A program made the position numbers and the translations under genes. From NCBI GenBank assembly GCA_965249045.1, contig OZ252213.1:9329-73328 (forward strand): a stretch of 64,000 bases of DNA, in the 5' to 3' direction. Below the pieces are notes generated by a model, which saw only the letters and a program-made list of their open reading frames with translations, was not told where the DNA came from and did not search any database. Each line of letters begins with the position of its first letter. The stretch's first letter is position 1. The DNA is from Thermodesulfobacteriota bacterium (lineage in GTDB: Bacteria > Desulfobacterota_D > UBA1144 > Nemesobacterales > Nemesobacteraceae). Below, in pieces: positions 30,279 to 39,695 of the stretch.

Positions 30279-31229
30279 CTAGTAAACCGTGTACCGATTG
30301 CTTTTTCTTTTACCTCTCCTCGTGAAATCAACGGTGAATTCGCTCTGACCCTTTAAATCGGTGAAAAGCGAGAGAGCGCTTTGCACGTCGTTTAAAGCGA
30401 CTTCATTTATCTGGTGAACTACATCCCCGTTTCTAAGACCCATCTTATAAAACACGCTTCTGCTCTTCACTCCGAAGATCTTGATGCCGTCATCGCGCGG
30501 CACAATCTTAGCCTCTGTTATTAAACTTCCGGGCTCAGCGAGCAGCTCGTCAAACATCCTTCTCTCTATCTGGTACACGCCATCGCTGACTTTGCTTACT
30601 CCCGAAGCTGACGACTTTTTTGACTTCGAGGACGGCTTGTTTTTTCCTGAAGAAGAACTGGGGGCGGTTTTTGAAAAAACTGATTCAAGCTCATTTCCGC
30701 ATGTAATCAGCTCCGGACCCTCGGCGCGACGTATAGTCACTTCGCAGTCGTCTATTCTCACTACCTCCACTTTCTCGGATGTTACAAGATCAACCCACTG
30801 CCCTTCAGAATAACCCTTTATTTTAAGATTTTCCATATTCTTTATTACAGCGACGCTCCTGTTCGCCGAAGGATGGGTGCGGCTTTTGAGTATGAAAGTT
30901 CCCAGAAGTTCAAGCTTAAGGGAGGTTTTCGGGGTAATTTCCCCCTCCAGAACTCCGGGAAGATCAGTGGTTTCCATCTGCCCTGCGTATCCACCCGCTC
31001 CAAACAGGTTCGTTTTCAATATTGAGTCGTAGTAGCTCCTTGAACGATAAGGAATCTTAACCCGTCCGTACTTCTCCTTATAGAGGTGTCCGCTTGTCAC
31101 ACCACCCTTGTCAGATTCTATTTTGTCGCGCAGGCCGTTGTTGATCATGGCCGCGACCGAGTACGCGATGGCGATTATCAGCAAGACATTTACGACCCAG
31201 ACATACTTTCTTAAAAGAAATAAGGGCAT
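30279..31229 (-). CDS. gspC: GspC-like T2SS inner-membrane component with C-terminal PDZ domain
   Basis: N-terminal TM anchor, central region, low-complexity Ser/Lys linker, C-terminal PDZ-like fold. Sits directly upstream of gspD. Confidence 0.55.
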   Translation of the reverse strand: MPLFLLRKYVWVVNVLLIIAIAYSVAAMINNGLRDKIESDKGGVTSGHLYKEKYGRVKIPYRSRSYYDSILKTNLFGAGGYAGQMETTDLPGVLEGEITPKTSLKLELLGTFILKSRTHPSANRSVAVIKNMENLKIKGYSEGQWVDLVTSEKVEVVRIDDCEVTIRRAEGPELITCGNELESVFSKTAPSSSSGKNKPSSKSKKSSASGVSKVSDGVYQIERRMFDELLAEPGSLITEAKIVPRDDGIKIFGVKSRSVFYKMGLRNGDVVHQINEVALNDVQSALSLFTDLKGQSEFTVDFTRRGKRKSNRYTVY

Positions 31230-31305
31230 AGTCAGTTCCTAAATTAATTTCACGTAACTTAATAAAATACCTTATTTTTTGGTAATATCCCTTTCATCAC
31301 ACAAC

Positions 31306-32352
31306 CTACGAAAACTCAGAATTCTTAAGCGATGCCGCACCGACGACAGGGGAGTTTTCAAGCACAGCGCAAAAGTACCGCTTTTCAAGATTATATATAT
31401 CAAAAGCAAGCTCCGAGGCCCGCTCGAATCCCCGTTCGCATGAAGCACTTTCGCTTATCTGTTTGAAAAGCACCCCAATATCGTACCACTTCTGACCGAT
31501 CCTGTTCATCTCCTCCGGCAGATCGGATCCGTAAGAAGGCGAAAGCACAGCGGAGACTTCTTTCAGGAAATCCCTGTAAAACCACCTGAAAGCGGCTCCG
31601 CAAACCCCCCTTCTGCATATGACCTGATAAGTGAACCTCGATGTCCACTTCCAGTCAGCAATATCCTTCCATCCCGGAAGATCCTCGGCCCATTTCTTTA
31701 TAACCCCAACGCTCGAGGTTCCTCTGAGGGTGGTTCGACCTTCAAGCATCATCTCGGCGTTTTTTCTGACAGCACCGATAACCATATCCCGAAGATCAAG
31801 GCCGTTTTCCAGAAACTCCACTTCAACACGGTTGTTGGAAAGGGGGTATGGCCTCGCTTTTGAGCTTCTTGCCTTCTTCATATTTTCAAAAGAGACGGTC
31901 TGAAGATCTTCAAACGAGTTGTCCGCCACGTAAAAAACGGATTCGGAGTCATCGTATCCGCACACAGCGATTACGTGTCCGGGGAAATGGGTTTTGGAGT
32001 CAAAATACTCAAGGTAGCGGATATCGGCCTGTATCAGTACCGGAACATCCCTGTCAATAAATTCCTTGAGGTCAGCCGAGGCCCGCTCATCGTCATCCTC
32101 GTATTTCCAGTCGGCAACTTCAACACCGAAGTTCCTCAGAAAATTAATTTCCATCAGGGGACCGCGGGGCTGTATAATCTTGCTCGGGTTCATCCCCTCG
32201 TCGCAGGAGTAGTAAAAACCGAGCCCGGCTCCGAGCCCGAAACACATCTGCTCGGAGAGATCGCGCCCGTAGTAGCGGCAGACGTCCCTCACGGCGGCGG
32301 AACCGCAGTGCACGCCTTTTAAGTGTTTCCAACCCTTTATTATCTTTTTCAT
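31306..32352 (-). CDS. BtrH_N/DUF4872-like papain-fold protein (putative gamma-glutamyl/acyl transferase-like)
   Basis: HCGSAAVRDVCRYYGRDLSEQMCFGLGAGLGFYY matches the BtrH N-terminal (Cys-His) domain signature as I recall it. The start is trimmed to MKKIIKGW (ATG at 32352). Sits 76 nt upstream of gspC on the same strand. Confidence 0.55.
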   Translation of the reverse strand: MKKIIKGWKHLKGVHCGSAAVRDVCRYYGRDLSEQMCFGLGAGLGFYYSCDEGMNPSKIIQPRGPLMEINFLRNFGVEVADWKYEDDDERASADLKEFIDRDVPVLIQADIRYLEYFDSKTHFPGHVIAVCGYDDSESVFYVADNSFEDLQTVSFENMKKARSSKARPYPLSNNRVEVEFLENGLDLRDMVIGAVRKNAEMMLEGRTTLRGTSSVGVIKKWAEDLPGWKDIADWKWTSRFTYQVICRRGVCGAAFRWFYRDFLKEVSAVLSPSYGSDLPEEMNRIGQKWYDIGVLFKQISESASCERGFERASELAFDIYNLEKRYFCAVLENSPVVGAASLKNSEFS

Positions 32353-32500
32353 AAAAAGTCGTAAGAAAAGCAGATTAATATAGCCGGAAATCGATATTCC
32401 ATAAAGACCCGGCCCGTGCGCCCGATTCATCACGCGGGCAAACCGCCTTGATGATTGCGCCAGAACGGATATTAGTAATCATCTCTACGGATAAGTCATT

Positions 32501-33451
32501 ATGCTTGAGAAGATCCTCAGAAATTCGAAAAAAGCCATTCTGCTCGGAATAGGCGGTGGCGGCGACATAGTCGGAACCCTTCCAACGGCAAACCTGCTCG
32601 AGACAAACGGCACACAATGCGTTCTCGGAGGACTTAGCTGGGAGCGCTTCACGATAGACCCCGACCCGGGACCCAGGAAACTCGAAGAGGCGCGCAACGT
32701 TCGCGAGATAAACGACGTGGTCTGGAGATGCAACAAGGATTCGATCACCCGAGCGGGAGCTAGATTCGCCGAGGCGGGCATGGCCGAAGTGCTGGGAGAG
32801 GAAACCCTTCTTGTCGATATAAGCTACGGTTCGGGGAAGGTTTTCGAGGGAATAACGGACGCCGCCGAAAAACTCGGCGCGGATCTTGTGGTGGGAATAG
32901 ACGTCGGGGGTGATGTGCTCGGGTTCGGGGACGAGAAGGGACTCATGAGTCCGCTTGCCGACGCCATAATGACAGCCGCGCTTTACAGGCTGAGCTTCCG
33001 TATGTCCACCATGATGGGAGTATTCGGTTTCGGAAGCGACGGGGAACTGTCCAAGGCGGAACTTGAAAGATCATTCGGTATCATTGCGCGAAACGACGGA
33101 ATGCTCGGGAGCTGGGGGATATCCGGTAGAACCCTGGAACTTATGGAAAAAGCCGTAAGCGTGATACCTACCGAGGCAAGCAGGGGACCCGTTGAATACG
33201 CAAAAGGCATCTTCAGCGCCACTTCAATAAGGGGCGGCAGCAGGAAAGTCGAACTCGACATAAGTTCCACCGTAACCTTTTACATAGATCCAAGAGTGGT
33301 TTATGAGAAGGTATCAAAACCCGCTCAGGCGGTTTACGGATGCGAAACAATAGGGGAGGCAAATGTGAAGCTTAACGAAGCGGGGATCAGAACGGAACTT
33401 GATATTGAAATGGAGCTTTACGAAAATCCGGGGGACGGGAGCTCTATATAG
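32501..33451 (+). CDS. Conserved hypothetical protein (possible DUF1152 family), Gly-rich loops GIGGGGD / GIDVGGD
   Basis: Two nucleotide-binding-like Gly-rich motifs. 316 aa. Divergent from the BtrH-like gene. Confidence 0.45.
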   Translation: MLEKILRNSKKAILLGIGGGGDIVGTLPTANLLETNGTQCVLGGLSWERFTIDPDPGPRKLEEARNVREINDVVWRCNKDSITRAGARFAEAGMAEVLGEETLLVDISYGSGKVFEGITDAAEKLGADLVVGIDVGGDVLGFGDEKGLMSPLADAIMTAALYRLSFRMSTMMGVFGFGSDGELSKAELERSFGIIARNDGMLGSWGISGRTLELMEKAVSVIPTEASRGPVEYAKGIFSATSIRGGSRKVELDISSTVTFYIDPRVVYEKVSKPAQAVYGCETIGEANVKLNEAGIRTELDIEMELYENPGDGSSI

Positions 33452-33823
33452 TTTTTGAATATCCTAGAGTTGTCGTCGTTCGGGCTGCTGTTTCCAATTC
33501 CGGTCCGCGAGGATTTCCGCAAACTCCCCCATGGCGGCCGCGCGCTCCGGGTCATAACTCCTTACGGAGGGTTCTCCATGTTGGGGGACAGGAGATACAG
33601 GGCTGGATGGCGTCTGAGCCTTGGCGACTCTTTTAACCTCAGCCTCGAGGGTGACCGCACTGAAACCGACAACACTCCCTCCCGGCACGCGGTGGCGCTT
33701 CGGGGTGACCTGAGATGGTAGGTAGCTGCGCGGGACGCATAGGGGTCCCGCGCGTAAACCCGTTTCCTTTTGTATGGAGAGACGCCTTTGACCTACCTGA
33801 AAAGATGACGCAGAGGCAGGGAA

Positions 33824-34222
33824 TTAATAGAGTTTTTCGTGAATAAGCTTCAGAACACGCCTTGATTCGTCCTCATTTCCCCAGATACCCACGCGGATAA
33901 TCAGATTGGTTATCTCGGGCTTGTGGTACTTGACGGTTATGTAGACTGTTTTGTCCTGGTCGGGAAGCTTGGCTTCAATCAGCGCCTTTCCCGCTTTGCT
34001 CTCTTTTTTGGTTACCTCAAACTCCTGCTGTTCCACAGCCTCCACCACCGCAAACCAGACTTTGTCAAACGAGGCAGGTTCCTTGGTTTTTAGAACTCCC
34101 TTCAAATAGGCCGTAGCACCCCCGCCGACTACGCCGCCCACTACGACCGCGCAACCCGAAGAAAAAACAAGTACGAGCAAGCACAAAAACACCGTACGAT
34201 ATTTATTTGACAGGAAATTCAT
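33824..34222 (-). CDS. Small lipoprotein, unknown function
   Basis: Lipobox LVFSSG|C followed by a Gly-rich linker. 132 aa. Confidence 0.6.
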   Translation of the reverse strand: MNFLSNKYRTVFLCLLVLVFSSGCAVVVGGVVGGGATAYLKGVLKTKEPASFDKVWFAVVEAVEQQEFEVTKKESKAGKALIEAKLPDQDKTVYITVKYHKPEITNLIIRVGIWGNEDESRRVLKLIHEKLY

Positions 34223-34301
34223 TTTTACTCCCGGCAGGCTTTACAAAAAAAACCTGTATGTTTAATTAAGCTATCCCAAGGGGAAAAAGAGTCAAGAATT
34301 C

Positions 34302-35525
34302 ATGGAATCTTTTATATCGAAAAACAGGCTGGTTCTGGGAATAATCGCGGGCGTTCTGCTGGGCGGGGCCGTGGGTTCATTTTTCCCTGAATTCGGTGCA
34401 GGAACGCAAATTATCGGGGAGCTTTTCCTAAACGCACTTAAGATGGTGGTGCTTCCCCTCATAATAGTTTCAATCACGCTCAGCATAATGAAAGTCGGTA
34501 ACCTGGGGTCTTTGGGCCTTAAGACCATAGCCTACTACGCGGCAACTACCGCGATAGCCGTTTCAATCGGAATAGTCGTAGTCACAATGGTGCAGCCCGG
34601 GGACGGAAGCGAAATACTCAAGGGAGCGATGCCGGAAGTCGTAAAAAGCAAAGAAGGGTTCCGCGTAACCGATATCCTCAAACAGATATCGACGCCGAAT
34701 CTTTTTAAGTCCGCCTATGAATTCCAGATTCTTCCCATTGTAATCGCGTCTCTTCTTTTCGGAATAGCGTTTGGAAAACTCAAAAAAGAAAAGCAGCTGG
34801 TTCTGGACCTGTTTGAAGCCATGGACAAGGCCATAATGAAGATAGTCCACTGGATAATCGTCTTGACTCCGATAGGCATTTTCGGTCTCATAGCCGGAAA
34901 AATCGGGGAAGCGGGCGGTGGGGATGAAGTAGTGAGAATCGCCATGCAGCTAGGCAAATACGTGTTCTGCGTTCTTTTGGGACTGCTTATCCACGGGTTC
35001 GTGGTTCTTCCGCTGCTGCTGCGGATATTATCCGGGAGGAACCCTGTTACCTATTTCAAAAACCTGAGCGAAACGCTTCTCACGGCTTTTTCAACCGCCT
35101 CATCCTCAGCCACTCTGCCCCTTACCATCACCAACGTGACGGAAAACGCCAAGGTTTCGCCAAAAATCTCGAAATTCGTTCTGCCCCTTGGAGCCACCAT
35201 AAACATGGACGGAACGGCTCTTTACGAATCGGTCGCCGTAATATTCATTGCCCAGAGTTACGGAATACACCTCGGAGGAGGAGAACTCATTGTGGTTTTC
35301 CTAACAGCCACCCTTGCGGCCATAGGAGCCGCGGGGATACCGGAAGCCGGCCTCGTAACCATGGTGCTGGTACTGCAGGCCGTCGGACTCCCTATAGAAG
35401 GCATAGGGATAATACTCGCGATCGACTGGTTTCTGGACAGATTCCGCACCACCGTAAACGTATGGGGAGACAGCATAGGAGCGGCAGTCATAGAGAAACT
35501 GGAGCCCGATGAAAACACAGGCTGA
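34302..35525 (+). CDS. Dicarboxylate/amino acid:cation symporter (DAACS, GltP/SstT-like)
   Basis: 407 aa polytopic protein with the conserved family pattern including NMDGTALYE. Confidence 0.85.
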   Translation: MESFISKNRLVLGIIAGVLLGGAVGSFFPEFGAGTQIIGELFLNALKMVVLPLIIVSITLSIMKVGNLGSLGLKTIAYYAATTAIAVSIGIVVVTMVQPGDGSEILKGAMPEVVKSKEGFRVTDILKQISTPNLFKSAYEFQILPIVIASLLFGIAFGKLKKEKQLVLDLFEAMDKAIMKIVHWIIVLTPIGIFGLIAGKIGEAGGGDEVVRIAMQLGKYVFCVLLGLLIHGFVVLPLLLRILSGRNPVTYFKNLSETLLTAFSTASSSATLPLTITNVTENAKVSPKISKFVLPLGATINMDGTALYESVAVIFIAQSYGIHLGGGELIVVFLTATLAAIGAAGIPEAGLVTMVLVLQAVGLPIEGIGIILAIDWFLDRFRTTVNVWGDSIGAAVIEKLEPDENTG

Positions 35526-35955
35526 GGAGCAAGGCAAAACTTCGGGGAGAATAATCTCCCTTGACATAGGAACCAAGACCATAGGAGTGGCCGTAAGCGA
35601 CGAGCTTGGGATTACGGCAAACGGCGTCGGTACCATCCGGCGTAAAAACGAAGAAAAAGACCTTGCGGAACTTCGCGATATAGTAGAGCAATATTCCCCT
35701 CGCGAAATCCTCGTGGGGATACCCTACAGCCAGGACGGTTCCCTGGGAAGCAGGGCAAAAGGCATAAAGAAATTTTCCGAATGCATTCGAGATTCTCTGG
35801 GTCTTTCGGTGAAATACTGGGACGAGAGCTTTTCCACCAAGACCGCAGAGCAGACGCTGATAGAAGCCGGGATGGGAAGAAAGAAGCGAAAAACGGTAAT
35901 AGACAAGATGGCCGCTACCGTGATACTGGAAGAGTATCTTATGAGCAGAAACTAG
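35509..35955 (+). CDS. ruvX: Holliday-junction resolvase-like RuvX/YqgF
   Basis: RIISLDIGTKTIGVAVSD... is the RNase H-like YqgF signature. Confidence 0.85.
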   Translation: MKTQAEEQGKTSGRIISLDIGTKTIGVAVSDELGITANGVGTIRRKNEEKDLAELRDIVEQYSPREILVGIPYSQDGSLGSRAKGIKKFSECIRDSLGLSVKYWDESFSTKTAEQTLIEAGMGRKKRKTVIDKMAATVILEEYLMSRN

Positions 35956-35978
35956 GTAAACCTCGGGGCAGACCTGAT

Positions 35979-36770
35979 ATGCCATACGCAAAGACAAACG
36001 GAATAAATCTTTATTACAAAGAGTACGGAGAGGGGGATCCGCTCGTGCTCATCCACGGTCTTGGAAGCAGTCTTGAGAGCTGGGAGGTACAGGTTCCCAT
36101 CTACTCGGAACATTTCCGCGTGATAGTGCTCGACAACAGGGGTTCGGGCCGCTCCGAGAAACCCGATTACCCCTATACGATGGAACAGATGGCAGATGAC
36201 GCCGCGGGGCTCTTGGACTTTCTCGGGATAGAAAAAGCCCACTTCGTTGGAAAATCAATGGGCGGAATGATATGCCAGTGGCTAGGTATAAAATACCCCG
36301 AGAGGGTCAACAGGCTCGTTATGGGATGCTCCTCCGGGCACAGGGACGAGGTCGGAAATCTGCTTATCAAAACCGCGAGGGACATAGTGGATAAAGCAGG
36401 ACCCGGGGCGGGATGGGTTTTTGCGCTTTTTCTCGGATACCGAAGGAAATATATCGAAGAGAACTACGACTCCTTAATAAGCAGAATCGAGGAAGTTCCC
36501 GTTGACCCCGATGCGGCCGCCGGATACAGAAACCAAAGCTACGCGTGCGAGAACCACGATGTATTAGCCCAACTCGGGAAGATCTCCGCGAAAACCCTGG
36601 TCATGTACGGAGAGCGGGACATCGTCACGCCTCCCGAGAGATCGAAAAAGCTCGTGGAATTTATACCGAACGCGGTTGAAAAGGCGTTTGCGGATGTCGG
36701 CCACGGATTCTGGAGAGAGTGCCAAGCCGAGGTGGATAAAGCCGTGCTTGATTTTCTGACAAAAGACTAG
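35979..36770 (+). CDS. Alpha/beta-fold hydrolase
   Basis: HGLGSS oxyanion motif, nucleophile elbow GKSMGG, C-terminal His. Start set at MPYAKTNG; the longer ORF from 35781 is an N-terminal over-extension. Confidence 0.8.
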   Translation: MPYAKTNGINLYYKEYGEGDPLVLIHGLGSSLESWEVQVPIYSEHFRVIVLDNRGSGRSEKPDYPYTMEQMADDAAGLLDFLGIEKAHFVGKSMGGMICQWLGIKYPERVNRLVMGCSSGHRDEVGNLLIKTARDIVDKAGPGAGWVFALFLGYRRKYIEENYDSLISRIEEVPVDPDAAAGYRNQSYACENHDVLAQLGKISAKTLVMYGERDIVTPPERSKKLVEFIPNAVEKAFADVGHGFWRECQAEVDKAVLDFLTKD

Positions 36771-36894
36771 CTACACGGGACTCCGCCCAAAAACGGCCGC
36801 GGTTCCTGCTCCGTAATCGATCCAGGTCCTGCGAGTCCCTCTCTGTCTGCTTTAAAAAACGTAGCCACTGTACATGTGTATGCCCTTCTTTCTT

Positions 36895-39192
36895 CTATAA
36901 CCTTTGTCGGTAGGTTAGCTGCACACCGAAGGTTCTGCCTTTGGAGAGCGGCGCGAATGAACCTCCCGCGGGCGCGCTTAAGTGGGCAAATCCTATGGTT
37001 TCGGGAAGCTCAACATAGCTTCCGTGTTTGACTTCGTTAAGAAGGTTCTTTCCGTAAAATCCGATTGAGAACCCACCGTCCATTGGGGTGATGTCAATTC
37101 CGGCGTCAAGAATGTTCTGCTCGGGAGTATATCCTTTGTTGTCATCTGTAAGGTATGATTTGTCGCGATATGAGTAGCTTATCCTTGAAGTCATCTTCGC
37201 CCAGTTCGCAAGTCCAGCGTCATGGGTCGCGCCGAGGCTCCAAGTCAACTTCGCGGCCCGGGGAAGCTCTAAAGCTTTATCTTTTCCGTCAACAGTGTCG
37301 TCTAGATTAAGGTCATATTTTACTTTGGTGTACTCGGGATCTACGTATCCGACGGAACCCAAAAGAAAAAGCTTCTCGGTAACGGCGACCAGTCCGTCAA
37401 GTTCAAAGCCGAAGGCTTCTACATCCGCAGTGTTGCGAATCTCTTGGGCTATGCCGAACGCGACGTCAGAACGAGTTATCACCCTCTGCACATCATCAAT
37501 CAGGTTATAGAAAACCGCGCCGTTCAGGATGCCTATGTTTGTTGATATCTTGAATCCCGCCTCGAAGGTATCGATCTTTTCTTCATCGTACGGTCCCGGG
37601 AGTTCCACAGCTGAGGAAAAGGTGTTTCGCAGATTATAGCCTCCAGAGCGAAATCCTCTGGTCCAGTGTCCGTAAACGTTCGCTTCAAAGTTCGCTCCGC
37701 CGCCCATATAGTAGACAGCGCCGAGCTTGGGCGACCAACTGTTCCAAGTCGCCTCGTCGGTGAAATCAAACGGGCACGCGGGTCCGACCGCAACGTTGCA
37801 TGACATTTCCCTTCCTATCACGCCGCTTGTGTTGAGAATGCCGGAGGCGGTCTCAGCTTTTCTCTTGTCATAGCTGTAACGGGTGCCCGCGGTAAGCATT
37901 ATCCGATCCGTAAGGTCGTAATCAAGAGAGAGAAACACGCCTAGCGTATCGACGTGATAATTCCCTCCCACGTCTTGGGTAAAATGCTCTCCGGCGGGCA
38001 ATTCCCCAGCCGTGACAAGTCCGTCGATACGATCTCCAAGCAGATAACGGCGGTCATGATAATTTATCTCGTTTGTAAAGTAATAAAAACCGGTCGTCAC
38101 GTGGAGACTTTCGAAGAATCTGCCCACGTAGCGCAGCTCGTTGCTCCACTGGCGGTAGGGGGTCCATCCACGTATATGCAAAACGCTTTGCGGCGAAGAA
38201 TCGACATCAAGCAAAGCGGACCCGTCTGAGTCGTAAAAACCGAATATGTTGGTTATGGTGCCGTCTCCGAAATCCACATCCCAGTCCACCTGAGCGGAGA
38301 AAAAGTGAGTTCTATGCTCTCTGAAGCCTTCCTCGTCGATGCTGAAATCATGACTATCGATATCGAAGTCGCGCCGGTTCTGTCCCGCGGCGCCATTGCT
38401 GCTCGCACTTTCGTACTGGTAGCGCAGAACAAGGCTTACGTCATCCGTCGGGTTCCACGTAATCACCGGTCGTACCATCCGTACGTCGCCCTCTCCGAAA
38501 GCCTCGCCCGTGTGGAGATTCTTAAACCAGCCGTTATCCGTATTTCTGTACGCGCTTATCTTCACGCTGACGGTCTCGCTAATTGGGCCTCCGACTGTGC
38601 CCATGTAATAGCTGTTAAGGCTCTCTCCCCCTCCCTCAAACGAAGTGCGCGCCGATATCTCAAGAACGTCTCCCGGTTTTTTCGTGTTAATCAGTATGGC
38701 GCCCCCTGTGACATTCCGCCCGAAAAGCGTTCCCTGTGGTCCCCTCAGCACCTCTATGCTTTCAAGATCGAAGGTATCAAACAAAACGGTGGTTATCTGC
38801 CCTAGATACACGCCGTCGAGAAACACTCCCACGGTCGGATCAACAGACGCTATGGAGTTGTTTATTCCGACACCGCGGATGGAAAAGTTGGCTACTGCCA
38901 GTCCCGAGACGGCATCGTCAAGTGCCACATTGGGCATGCGCACTGCGAGACTTTCAAGGTCGTTTACCTTCAAGGCTTCAATCTGTTCCGAACTGAAATG
39001 GGTGATCGACAGGGGGACGTTCTGAATCAGCTCTTCTCGTTTTCGGGCGGTGACCGTGATTTTTTTGAGAAATACGCCGCTTACCCCGAACACATTCTGT
39101 GCAACTGCGTCACCGTCCTGCGCAACTGCGTCACCGCCGCCAAGCGACGCTAGGAGCACACCTGCGAGAAACGCGCTTAAAAACTTCTTCAT
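36895..39192 (-). CDS. TonB-dependent outer-membrane receptor
   Basis: Signal peptide, plug domain, 22-strand barrel pattern. Start set at MKKFLSAF because a TATAAT (39245-39250, minus sense) lies inside the longer ORF. Confidence 0.85.
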   Translation of the reverse strand: MKKFLSAFLAGVLLASLGGGDAVAQDGDAVAQNVFGVSGVFLKKITVTARKREELIQNVPLSITHFSSEQIEALKVNDLESLAVRMPNVALDDAVSGLAVANFSIRGVGINNSIASVDPTVGVFLDGVYLGQITTVLFDTFDLESIEVLRGPQGTLFGRNVTGGAILINTKKPGDVLEISARTSFEGGGESLNSYYMGTVGGPISETVSVKISAYRNTDNGWFKNLHTGEAFGEGDVRMVRPVITWNPTDDVSLVLRYQYESASSNGAAGQNRRDFDIDSHDFSIDEEGFREHRTHFFSAQVDWDVDFGDGTITNIFGFYDSDGSALLDVDSSPQSVLHIRGWTPYRQWSNELRYVGRFFESLHVTTGFYYFTNEINYHDRRYLLGDRIDGLVTAGELPAGEHFTQDVGGNYHVDTLGVFLSLDYDLTDRIMLTAGTRYSYDKRKAETASGILNTSGVIGREMSCNVAVGPACPFDFTDEATWNSWSPKLGAVYYMGGGANFEANVYGHWTRGFRSGGYNLRNTFSSAVELPGPYDEEKIDTFEAGFKISTNIGILNGAVFYNLIDDVQRVITRSDVAFGIAQEIRNTADVEAFGFELDGLVAVTEKLFLLGSVGYVDPEYTKVKYDLNLDDTVDGKDKALELPRAAKLTWSLGATHDAGLANWAKMTSRISYSYRDKSYLTDDNKGYTPEQNILDAGIDITPMDGGFSIGFYGKNLLNEVKHGSYVELPETIGFAHLSAPAGGSFAPLSKGRTFGVQLTYRQRL

Positions 39193-39369
39193 TCCAGATT
39201 TGAATTTCCTTTTAATTATTTCGATGGCCTCCTTTTTGTCAGGAATTATAACATAATTCTGCACGAAAAATCCAAGTCATCAGATTATTGCATAACGGGA
39301 CTTGTAGCGCGGCATGAAACGCCCGGTTACAGCGGACGCACAGGCATGCTTCGCCGCACAGGCAGCAAA

Positions 39370-39618
39370 TCAAGCTGCGGGGATGGAGCTTTCGATCAGC
39401 AGAATCGGTATGTTTTCTCTTACGGGGTAGAGATATTTTCCGCCGCGGCAGATAAGACCCCCCTCGATTTTCTCGGAAACTCGTTCCCCCGACCTGTCAA
39501 CAAGAGTTCCGAGCTCAACAAGTTCGTTAAGCCGCACGATAATTTCCCGACCGGCCTCTTCGAGAGGTTCTCCGGTCTCAGGACACACGAGAATTTGAAG
39601 TAATTCCTTGTCAATCAT
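39370..39618 (-). CDS. Trm112/UPF0434-family small zinc-ribbon-like protein
   Basis: MIDKELLQILVCPETGEPL... with later ...GLICRGGKYLYPVRENIPILL. Confidence 0.75.
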   Translation of the reverse strand: MIDKELLQILVCPETGEPLEEAGREIIVRLNELVELGTLVDRSGERVSEKIEGGLICRGGKYLYPVRENIPILLIESSIPAA

Positions 39619-39695
39619 CGGCCTTGGGATTCGCAGTCTGCAAAAGCGCCTGCGGGGTTACGGGCGAGTGGAACCTTCGTCTATAAGGAATCTTC

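Noticed and set aside
33464-33721. 74-aa and 88-aa ORFs in the GC-rich convergent spacer
   Set aside because: No RBS, no similarity recognised, overlapping each other on opposite strands. The region is more plausibly non-coding.
35488-35997. 169-aa minus-strand ORF
   Set aside because: Antisense to ruvX and the hydrolase start. No recognisable features.
39193-39369. Possible cobalamin or other riboswitch in the 5' leader of the TonB-dependent receptor
   Set aside because: I looked for a B12 box (GCCACTG-like core) and the typical GGTG...AATCC elements and found none. Only a short direct repeat GCCTGTGCG x2 and a TATAAT. Insufficient evidence.
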